Source of the DNA: an uncultured Pseudanabaenaceae cyanobacterium
GTDB lineage: Bacteria; Cyanobacteriota; Cyanobacteriia; PCC-9006; JAAUQQ01
Reading direction: 5' to 3'
Assembly (NCBI GenBank): GCA_938002085.1
Contig: CALLAT010000009.1
Location: 75,450-139,449 of the forward strand
DNA: 64,000 nt
Shown here: piece after piece, positions 52,837 to 60,656 of the stretch
Position numbering within the stretch: the first letter of the stretch is position 1
How the letters are laid out: every line of letters starts with the position of its first letter
Notes under the pieces: model-generated
What the model saw: the letters and a program-made list of their open reading frames with translations, nothing else
What the model was told of the DNA's origin: nothing
Database searches by the model: none
Program-made: the position numbers and the translations under genes

Positions 52837-54642
52837 TTATTCTTCGTCTTCCTCACTCTTAGGAACATAGGTGGACTTCACTTCCAGCTCCTCCAACTGT
52901 GCGTCATCCACATTAGATGGTGCATCGGTGAGGAGGCAGCGGGCCTGCTGGGTCTTGGGGAAGGCGATGGTGTCGCGAATGGACTCGGAGCCGGTCATGA
53001 GCATGACGATGCGATCCAAGCCGAAGGCGATGCCGCCGTGGGGCGGGGTGCCGTATTCGAAGGCGTTGAGCAGGAAGCCGAATTTCTCCTGAGCTTCTTC
53101 GTCGCTGAGGCCGATCGCCGCAAAAACCTTCTCCTGCACATCCCGCTTGTAAATCCGCAAACTACCGCCACCTAGCTCAGTGCCATTCAGCACCATGTCA
53201 TAGGCAACGGCGCGGGCAGTCTTGAGGTCATCAATGTCCTCAGGATTAGGCGCGGTGAAGGGGTGGTGCAGGGCCTCCAGGCGCTTCTCATCTTCATTCC
53301 ACTCAAACATGGGGAATTCCGTCACCCAGAGGAAGTTGAGCTGGTCCTCTTCGTAGAGCTTCATTTCCTTGGCGACAAACTGGCGCACGCGGTCCAGGGA
53401 CTTGTTGACCGTGCCTTCGTCTGCCGCACCAAACAGCAACAGGGTGCCGGGCTGGGCATCGGTGCGCTTGAGGATTTCTGCCTTCATCTCATCGGTGAGG
53501 CCCTTTTGAATCGCGCCGATGGTGTCCATTTCGCCGCCTTCGCGGACGCGGATGTAAGCCAAGCCCTTGGCACCAGCTTCCGCGGCTTCGCGGAAGATGT
53601 CGCCGCCAGGCTTGATGCGGACGTTAGAGATGACGTCGTTGCCGCCGGGGATGGGCAGGATTTTGACGATGCCGCCGCCCTTGATGGTGCCGGAGAAGAC
53701 TTTGAAGCCGCAGTCTGCCAAGACATCACTGACGTTGACTAGCTCTAGGCCGTAGCGGGTGTCGGGGCGATCGCAGCCGTACCGCTCCATCGAATCCTTA
53801 TAGGTGATGCGAGGGAAGGGCCGGGGCAGGTCGATGCCTTTGACTTCTTTGAACACATGGCTAATTAAGGCTTCGTTGAGGTCGAGGATTTCTTCCTCGC
53901 TCATGAAGCTCATTTCCATGTCCAGCTGGGTGAACTCGGGTTGGCGATCGGCGCGGAGGTCTTCGTCGCGGAAGCAGCGGGCCACTTGGTAGTAGCGATC
54001 GCAGCCGGACACCATCAGCAGTTGCTTGAACAGCTGGGGCGACTGGGGTAGGGCAAACCATTCGCCCAGGTTGACGCGGGAGGGCACGATGAAATCGCGA
54101 GCGCCTTCGGGGGTGGACTTGTTGAGAATCGGCGTCTCAATTTCCATAAAGCCTTCCTGGTCCTCCAGGAAGCGGCGCACGGCCTTGACCACGGAATGGC
54201 GGGTTTGCAGGTTCTGGGCCATGCGGCTGCGGCGCAGATCCAGGTAGCGATACTTCAGGCGCAGTTCTTCGCGAACATTTTCTTCGGCGTCGGCGGAGGA
54301 GACTTGGAAGGGTAGCTGCTTATTGACAGTGTTGAGCAGTTCGATGCTATCGGCGTAGATCTCAATGTCGCCGGTTTTCAAGCGGGGGTTCACTGCACCG
54401 CCTTCGCGACCGCTGACCCGCCCGGTGATTTTGGCGACGTACTCGTTGCGCAGCTTGTCCGCCTGGGGGTAAGACTCGGGGGTGCGCTCGGGGTCGCTGA
54501 CGATTTGCACCACGCCCATACGATCGCGCAGGTCAATAAACACCACGCCCCCGTGGTCCCGGCGACGATCCACCCAACCAAATAGGGTCACGGTTTCGTC
54601 GATGTGCTGGGCGGTCAATTCGCCGCAGTAATGGGTTCTCAT
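52837..54642 (-). CDS. aspS: Aspartate--tRNA ligase
   Basis: [59 protein letters not shown]. Confidence 0.97.
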   Translation of the reverse strand: MRTHYCGELTAQHIDETVTLFGWVDRRRDHGGVVFIDLRDRMGVVQIVSDPERTPESYPQADKLRNEYVAKITGRVSGREGGAVNPRLKTGDIEIYADSIELLNTVNKQLPFQVSSADAEENVREELRLKYRYLDLRRSRMAQNLQTRHSVVKAVRRFLEDQEGFMEIETPILNKSTPEGARDFIVPSRVNLGEWFALPQSPQLFKQLLMVSGCDRYYQVARCFRDEDLRADRQPEFTQLDMEMSFMSEEEILDLNEALISHVFKEVKGIDLPRPFPRITYKDSMERYGCDRPDTRYGLELVNVSDVLADCGFKVFSGTIKGGGIVKILPIPGGNDVISNVRIKPGGDIFREAAEAGAKGLAYIRVREGGEMDTIGAIQKGLTDEMKAEILKRTDAQPGTLLLFGAADEGTVNKSLDRVRQFVAKEMKLYEEDQLNFLWVTEFPMFEWNEDEKRLEALHHPFTAPNPEDIDDLKTARAVAYDMVLNGTELGGGSLRIYKRDVQEKVFAAIGLSDEEAQEKFGFLLNAFEYGTPPHGGIAFGLDRIVMLMTGSESIRDTIAFPKTQQARCLLTDAPSNVDDAQLEELEVKSTYVPKSEEDEE

Positions 54643-54778
54643 GGGCTCGGGGGCTAGCGTGGGTAAGTTGACAAACGTTTATTATCCAACATGGTCTGCC
54701 CGCTGGTGTAAAGCTTTCTGACCAATTCTCATTCAAGAGCGAAATTTGTTCAGAATCGTTGGCGTGAGTCTGGTGCTT

Positions 54779-55372
54779 TTACGCTTGGGCTGGGCTCCTT
54801 GTACTGGGCCTGAGGCTGTAGTAACGCCACATCTTGTCGTAGAGCAAAATGTCGTTGCGGTAGGCCATGCCAAGCTTTTGGGCGACGCGGATGGAGGCCT
54901 TATTGTCAGGGCTGATTAGAGCGGCAATGCGAGGCAGCTGGAGCAGTTCAAACCCATAGCGAAGGATTTCGCGGCTAGCTTCGGTGGCGAGGCCCTGACC
55001 CCAGTGGGACTGGGCGATGAGGTAGTTGAGTTCGACGGTTTGCAAGTTGGGGGAGATTTCTAGCCCGGCATGGCCAATGAGTTGGGGCTCGGATTGGGTA
55101 GGCTCTGCTTTGTCCAAAGGGCTGTTCTTGTCCGAATGGCTGTTCTTACATAGCAGCATCCAGCGGCCAAAGCCATGGTCGCTCCAGTGGGCCAGGATGA
55201 TTTCGAAGGCAATTTCGCTTTGCTTAAAGTCGAGTGGGCTGCTGTTGCTGCGGTATTGGGCGACGGCGGGGTTGGCGTAGATTTTGGCCAGGGTGGGGAG
55301 GTCGGCGGGGGTGGGCGATCGCAAGATTAGCCGAGGCGTTTCCAATCTCTGGTCAGCTGTCCATTGCGTCAT
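54779..55372 (-). CDS. GNAT (RimJ/RimL-type) N-acetyltransferase
   Basis: LETPRLILR, HWGQGLATEA, DNKASIRVAQKLGM. Confidence 0.88.
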   Translation of the reverse strand: MTQWTADQRLETPRLILRSPTPADLPTLAKIYANPAVAQYRSNSSPLDFKQSEIAFEIILAHWSDHGFGRWMLLCKNSHSDKNSPLDKAEPTQSEPQLIGHAGLEISPNLQTVELNYLIAQSHWGQGLATEASREILRYGFELLQLPRIAALISPDNKASIRVAQKLGMAYRNDILLYDKMWRYYSLRPSTRSPAQA

Positions 55373-55567
55373 TACTGCAAAACCGGGCAAGAGCTTGTGC
55401 AGCTTGCCCGATTTGTTTGGGGAAATCAAATTTTTGGCCTTTGTTGCCGTCTGTCTCAACAGTCCACCGATGAAGGGGGGGTGGAGGTGGAATCAATTTA
55501 GACGAGGCGATGTAGGCGCCTGGGAATGCGGATAAAATTCAACGGCTGGGCTTTTAGCCATGCTTCT

Positions 55568-55591
55568 GACATGGCAATGACATGCCACTAC
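55568..55591 (-). repeat. Degenerate GTAG-type REP-like palindrome
   Basis: Minus strand reads GTAG-TGGCATGTCATTGCCATGTC, related to the REPs at 60343 and 60653. Confidence 0.5.
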
Positions 55592-55700
55592 GAGGGATCT
55601 CCGCTTCGATAGATCTCGAAATTTCTGAATGATTAGGGTTGTGAATGCAACCTGACTCGACTCTCTCAATGATTGTTCTGTGTCTCAAGTAGAACAATGA

Positions 55701-55783
55701 CAGCAAACTCACCCGAACTCGAAACCTCTAGAAAAGGTAGATGACCTGACTCACCTGGGATTTTCCCGTCTCGATTTAGTCAG
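55701..55783 (-). other. Conserved 3' element of PEP-CTERM gene copy 1 (candidate structured RNA)
   Basis: 47/53 identical to 57035-57087, plus a CTGACT...AGTCAG stem in both copies. Confidence 0.5.
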
Positions 55784-55832
55784 CGCGTGACGCTATGAGA
55801 CGTTGCACAAGGAAAACGATATCGAGGCTTGA

Positions 55833-56567
55833 TTAGCCTTGCTGACGGCGACGCAGGTGCTTCGCAGCGAACAAGCCAGCAATGGCCATACCAGCCATGC
55901 CAGTGGGCTCAGGCACCTTCTTGGTGTCGATGGGCGTGGTGCTGTCGTACCAACCTTGGCTTAGATAACCGAAGTCCTTCAAGGAACCATCAACGTTGTA
56001 ATCTGCCTCAAAGTCGTTGACACCGTGGAACCAGATGCCGACCTCGTCAGCGAAGCTGGTGCCTTCCCAGTCAGCACCGAGGTCAGTGCGGCCATTGATG
56101 GCAGTCATGTCGATGTCGAAGCTGAAGGTGCGCTCGTCAGTCCCCTCAGAAACGCTTAGATCCCAAGAGTCCAGGTAGACGCTGTTGGAATCCTGCCAGC
56201 TATTGCTGCCATTGACGCCGTTGTAGGTGTAAGCCGTGAGCTTCTCAGCATCGCCATCCATGTAGAACATGGTGTACTTTTGCTCGCCACCTTTGGGGTT
56301 CTTACCATCGCTAATAACTAACCAGCCGCCATCTGCTAGGTTCCCGTGGTTATTGGCGGTGAAGGTGGAACTCCAACTAAAGAGGTCCGTTTCATCATCG
56401 AAGGAGGTTTTAATTTCCTCGTAGTTACCTGCACGATTATTGATTGCAACGCCGGACGCAGGGTCGATGCTGGAATTAAATGAGAAGGTTGAAGCTTCGG
56501 CAACACTGCCTGCAAAAGCAATAACTGGTGTAACAAAGGCCAACCCAACAAGGGAAGTAATACGCAT
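55833..56567 (-). CDS. PEP-CTERM sorting-domain surface protein
   Basis: Signal peptide (AEA-S); C-terminal VPEP + TM + LRRRQQG. Confidence 0.92.
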   Translation of the reverse strand: MRITSLVGLAFVTPVIAFAGSVAEASTFSFNSSIDPASGVAINNRAGNYEEIKTSFDDETDLFSWSSTFTANNHGNLADGGWLVISDGKNPKGGEQKYTMFYMDGDAEKLTAYTYNGVNGSNSWQDSNSVYLDSWDLSVSEGTDERTFSFDIDMTAINGRTDLGADWEGTSFADEVGIWFHGVNDFEADYNVDGSLKDFGYLSQGWYDSTTPIDTKKVPEPTGMAGMAIAGLFAAKHLRRRQQG

Positions 56568-56595
56568 TTTCGGGAACTCCACGTTCGCTTTGGTT

Positions 56596-56697
56596 CGTAA
56601 CTATACCTATCGTATATACACGGAAATTTGATTGGGAAAAGGTGACGTGAATCTACGGTCTAAAAGTATGTTTAATTGCTCAATTAACCTCTGGTAT
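56596..56697 (-). promoter_or_regulatory. Conserved promoter block with CGTA-N4-TACG-like palindromes (copy 1)
   Basis: Aligns with 57902-58004; palindromes at 56611 and 56646. Confidence 0.6.
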
Positions 56698-56790
56698 TGA
56701 TGTCTGTTAAGTTGGAGTATTTGTGATGAAGTTTGGCTTATTCTTCCAGATTTATTCTTGCTCGAAAAGTTGATAGGAAAATAGACTGAA

Positions 56791-56823
56791 AATTCCCCAG
56801 AGCAATTGTTGCTCTGGGGAATT
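56791..56823 (-). terminator. Intrinsic terminator hairpin
   Basis: AATTCCCCAGAGCAA-TTG-TTGCTCTGGGGAATT, followed by Ts on the minus strand. Confidence 0.65.
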
Positions 56824-57034
56824 GAGGGGCTCTATTGATTCTGATGCGTTGGGAGAGGTGTGACTTCTATGGAAGCTTGTGCAGCGATCGCCTTGTCCAG
56901 CCGATGAAGTGTGTGGCTGGTCTAGGTAAGCTCAAATCGTCAATATTTGGAAAATAATAATGCTCTGGGTCCAAGATGCAACCTAACCCAAGCTTTAATC
57001 CGTGATAATCACTCTCTTTCTCAAGGAGAGCATC

Positions 57035-57111
57035 CAGCAAATGCACCCGAACTACTAAACCTCTAGGAATGGTAGATGACCTGACTCTTCTCTAAACTTC
57101 TCTCAAGTCAG
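57035..57111 (-). other. Conserved 3' element of PEP-CTERM gene copy 2 (candidate structured RNA)
   Basis: Paralog of 55701-55783 at a similar distance (~50 nt) from the stop codon. Confidence 0.5.
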
Positions 57112-57164
57112 CCTGCATGGGGCTAGCTGAAACTCAACTCGTCAAATTGCAGGTACTGAGGTGC

Positions 57165-57875
57165 TTAGCCTTGCTGGCGACGGCGTAGGCTCTTGGCTGC
57201 AAGCAGACCTGCGACAGCGAGACCTGCCATGGCGCTGGGCTCAGGAACCCGCTCAGCCACTTGGTTCTTGGTGTCGTACCAGCCCTGGCTCTCATAGCCA
57301 AACTGCTCCAAGGTGCCATCGGTGTTGTAAGCCACGTCGAGGTTGTTGACGGCGTGGAACCAGATCCCCACTTTGTCGTTGAACAAGGAGCCTTCCCAGG
57401 CTGCACCCAGGTCGGTGCGGCCGTTGATGGCGCTCATGTCAATGTCGAAACTGAAGGTGCGCTCGTCACCGTTGTTTTCAACATTGAGATCCCATGAATC
57501 GAGATAAACGCTATTGGCATCCTTCCAGCTGTTGCTACCGTTAACGCCGTTGTAGGTGTAAGCAGTCAGCTTGTTGTTGATGCCATCCATGTAGAACATG
57601 GTGTTTTCTTGCACGTGGGACTTGGGATTGGGGCCGTCGTTGAGTACGAGCCAAGCACCGTTCGCTAGGGTGCCGTCGACGGCGGAGAAGGTCGAACTCC
57701 AGGTAAGTCGCTCGGACTGGTCGTCAAAAGTCGTTGTGATGTTCTCAGAGGCAATGTTGCCGATTTTGCCACCACTTGTGTTGTCTTCGTAGATGAATGT
57801 GGAAGCTTCGGCGGTGCTTGCAAAGGCAATGATGGGAGCTGCAATAGCCAAGCCAACCAGGGAAGAAATACGCAT
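57165..57875 (-). CDS. PEP-CTERM sorting-domain surface protein (paralog of 55833-56567)
   Basis: Signal peptide; shared KLTAYTYNGVNGSNSW core; VPEP + TM + LRRRQQG. Confidence 0.92.
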   Translation of the reverse strand: MRISSLVGLAIAAPIIAFASTAEASTFIYEDNTSGGKIGNIASENITTTFDDQSERLTWSSTFSAVDGTLANGAWLVLNDGPNPKSHVQENTMFYMDGINNKLTAYTYNGVNGSNSWKDANSVYLDSWDLNVENNGDERTFSFDIDMSAINGRTDLGAAWEGSLFNDKVGIWFHAVNNLDVAYNTDGTLEQFGYESQGWYDTKNQVAERVPEPSAMAGLAVAGLLAAKSLRRRQQG

Positions 57876-57901
57876 TTTTTTGAACTCCGTTGTTTGATCT
57901 T

Positions 57902-58004
57902 CGTGTCTATACCTATCGTAAATATACGGGAATTTGATTGGGCAAAGTTAGTGTGAAACTACGGATAGAAAGTATGTCTAAAAGCTCAATTAATCTCTCG
58001 TATT
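57902..58004 (-). promoter_or_regulatory. Conserved promoter block with CGTA-N4-TACG-like palindromes (copy 2)
   Basis: Palindromes at 57917 (CGTAAATATACG) and 57952, with the same 35-bp spacing as copy 1. Confidence 0.6.
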
Positions 58005-58491
58005 ACTCTGCCTAAAAAAATATAAAAGACGTGAAAGCTATCGTAAATTTCCGGGTTTATTCTTCCTTTAAGTACTTTTGGTCGCTTGATCTATGGGGGA
58101 GAATATTCAGATTCTGCTCTCTGCCCTTTAGTCTCCTCTCTGCATCAGGCGAGGAAAAATATGGACTGTAGAAAATAGGAATGGAGAGAAGTATGATTCG
58201 CTACGAACACGATTCCCTTGTTCTGAGACTGGTCTAAAAGCTACAGTTATGGGTGTTACAGCCCTCTGTAGGACTGCCTAGTCTGAATCGCGATAGTCTT
58301 AGATTCTGAACTCTCATTATGTGAACTGAGTGACAGGATTAGAAATTGCAATAGGGTAAAAATTGCGATCGCTGTCACAAGTGGTCCATCTATAGATAGA
58401 CTTATTTCAATGCAGAGTTTGATATTCATAGAATGAGTGGTGGGTCGATCCATCCTCAGCTGTTTCAGGTTCTCCTCACTGTGCGACTACC

Positions 58492-60216
58492 ATGACCCTG
58501 ATCAACCCGATACGATTCGATAATTTCAAAGGCGATGTCTTTGGCGGTCTGACCGCTGCAGTCATCGCCCTCCCCATGGCCCTGACCTTTGGCGTTAGCT
58601 CCGGTGCCGGTGCAACGGCTGGTCTCTACGGAGCCATTGTCATTGGTCTCATGGCTTCACTGTTTGGCGGCACGCCAACACTGATCTCTGAGCCCACTGG
58701 CCCAATGTTTGTGGTCTTTGCTCAAATCGTCCTTGACCTGACGGAACGCAGCGATGGCGACATGGCCAAGGGTCTCACCATGGCCTTCACCGTTGTGATG
58801 ATGGCGGGCGCATTGCAAATTCTGTTCGGCTTTCTAAAGCTGGGCAAGTACATCACGCAAATGCCCTATACGGTGATCTCTGGCTTTATGTCAGGCATCG
58901 GCATCATTCTGATGGTGTTGCAACTGCCACCGTTGCTGGGCTATGCCAGCCCCAAGGGCGGTGTCATCGGAACCTTGCAAGGCTTGCCGGGATTCATCAG
59001 CGCGGTCAATGTACCGGTACTGATGGTGGGCTTGGTTTGTATTGCAATTCTGTTTTTGACGCCTGCTCGAGTCAAGCGCACGGTGCCGCCTCAGCTGTTG
59101 GCTCTGGTAATCGCAACGGTGTTTTCCTTGGTGTTCTTCAGTGGTAACAACGCTGCGGGTGAGCCCCTGATTAGCCGCATTCCCCCCATTGAGAGTGCGT
59201 TGCCGACCCTGACGGTACCGACCTTCACGGCTGCAGATTTGAAGACCATGATGGTGGATGCTGGCATCTTGGCCATGCTGGGCAGTATTGATGCGCTGCT
59301 GACCTCTGTGGTGGCGGATAGCTTGACCCGAACAGAGCATGATTCCGATAAGGAGTTGATTGGTCAGGGCATTGGTAACTTGGCGTCCGGTTTTGTCGGT
59401 GGTCTACCGGGTGCTGGTGCCACGATGGGCACGGTGGTGAATATTCAGTCCGGGGGTCGCACTATTCTGTCAGGCATTGCTCGGGCAGCAATCTTGCTGA
59501 TTGTTGTACTGGGTGCGGCAAAGCTGACTGAACCCATCCCCATGGCTGTGCTTGCAGGTATCGCCTTCAAGGTGGGTCTAGATATTGTCGATTGGGATTT
59601 CTTGAAGCGGGCCCATCACCTGTCTTGGAAGGCCGCGATGATTCTGTACAGCGTCATCATTTTGACGGTGTTCGTGGATTTGATTACGGCGGTTGGTTTG
59701 GGCGTCTTTGTGGCTAACGTGCTGACGATTAATCGTTTGAGCAAGCTGCGTTCCGATGACGTTAAGGCTGTAACGGTCGCTGATGATGAAATTATGCTGC
59801 CGCCCAAGGAGAAGGCACTGCTGAACCAGGCCCATGGTCGGGTGTTGCTCTTAAGCTTGAGCGGTCCGATGATCTTTGGTGTGGCCAAGGCGATCGCCCA
59901 GGAACATGCCCTAGTAGACAAATATCGGGTGCTGTTGCTGGATCTCCATGAGGTGTCTCACATTGGTGTGACGGCATCGCTGGCGTTGGAAAATGCTTTG
60001 GAAGAGGCGTTGGAAAATAAACGCCATGTCTTCATTGTGGGCGCTGGCCCCAAGGTGCTGAAGCGTTTGGGTAAGCTGCGCGTTTGGCAGCAGATTCCGC
60101 CTGCGAATGTGTTGGATAGTCGTGAGGAGGCTTTGGAGCGGTCTATTGCTCTGTTGCCTGAAGCTGACTTGGTTGTCCCTGCTATGGGAGATGAGTCCCA
60201 GTTAGCTGGCGCATAA
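58492..60216 (+). CDS. bicA: SulP-family Na+/bicarbonate transporter BicA
   Basis: GDVFGGLTAAVIALPMAL, GGTPTLISEPTGPM, ELIGQGIGN, STAS domain (GPMIFG). Confidence 0.88.
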   Translation: MTLINPIRFDNFKGDVFGGLTAAVIALPMALTFGVSSGAGATAGLYGAIVIGLMASLFGGTPTLISEPTGPMFVVFAQIVLDLTERSDGDMAKGLTMAFTVVMMAGALQILFGFLKLGKYITQMPYTVISGFMSGIGIILMVLQLPPLLGYASPKGGVIGTLQGLPGFISAVNVPVLMVGLVCIAILFLTPARVKRTVPPQLLALVIATVFSLVFFSGNNAAGEPLISRIPPIESALPTLTVPTFTAADLKTMMVDAGILAMLGSIDALLTSVVADSLTRTEHDSDKELIGQGIGNLASGFVGGLPGAGATMGTVVNIQSGGRTILSGIARAAILLIVVLGAAKLTEPIPMAVLAGIAFKVGLDIVDWDFLKRAHHLSWKAAMILYSVIILTVFVDLITAVGLGVFVANVLTINRLSKLRSDDVKAVTVADDEIMLPPKEKALLNQAHGRVLLLSLSGPMIFGVAKAIAQEHALVDKYRVLLLDLHEVSHIGVTASLALENALEEALENKRHVFIVGAGPKVLKRLGKLRVWQQIPPANVLDSREEALERSIALLPEADLVVPAMGDESQLAGA

Positions 60217-60243
60217 GCTTTAGCTGACGGTCATAAATTGTGA

Positions 60244-60287
60244 AAGCGCGGTCTGCCTGATTCAGGTGGGCCGCGCTTGGTTTTTTT
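60244..60287 (+). terminator. Intrinsic terminator after bicA
   Basis: AAGCGCGGTCTGCCTGA-T-TCAGGTGGGCCGCGCTT followed by GG and T7. Confidence 0.75.
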
Positions 60288-60289
60288 AG

Positions 60290-60316
60290 GCCATTGCCAT
60301 TGCCATTGCCATTGCC
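60290..60316. repeat. (GCCATT)4.5 hexanucleotide tandem repeat
   Basis: GCCATTGCCATTGCCATTGCCATTGCC. Confidence 0.9.
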
Positions 60317-60342
60317 GATGGTGAAGGCAGTTCGGTACACCG

Positions 60343-60653
60343 GTAGGGACATGGCATCGCTATGTTCGCAGAGGAATGAATACCATGACAGGCATCTATG
60401 CGGTGGTTTTGATGCAGGTGTATTGGTCTTGGCATTGGCGGATATGGCACTGTCATGTCCGCCAATGCAATGTCTGCCACCGCCGTTGTGTTTATCCGAT
60501 GCAGCTGCCCACAATTCCATTCCATCCAACGATGTATAGGAATGTCCGAAAACGCGAAACGGCCAAGCATCTATGCAGATACCTGGCCGTTTTCGTTGCG
60601 TATGTCTAGGCCGGAGCTGACCGATGCCGGACATGGCGATGCCATGTCCCTAC
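60343..60653. mobile_element. REPIN-like non-autonomous element bounded by inverted GTAG-REP palindromes
   Basis: 25-bp terminal inverted repeats GTAGGGACATGGCATCGC(C/T)ATGT(C/T)C, 23/25 identical; two internal hairpins. Confidence 0.65.
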
Positions 60654-60656
60654 GGG

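Noticed and set aside
55701..55752. Partial likeness (CCCGAAC...AACCTC) to the c-di-AMP riboswitch 3' half
   Set aside because: The 5' conserved elements are absent and the orientation and position do not fit a riboswitch.
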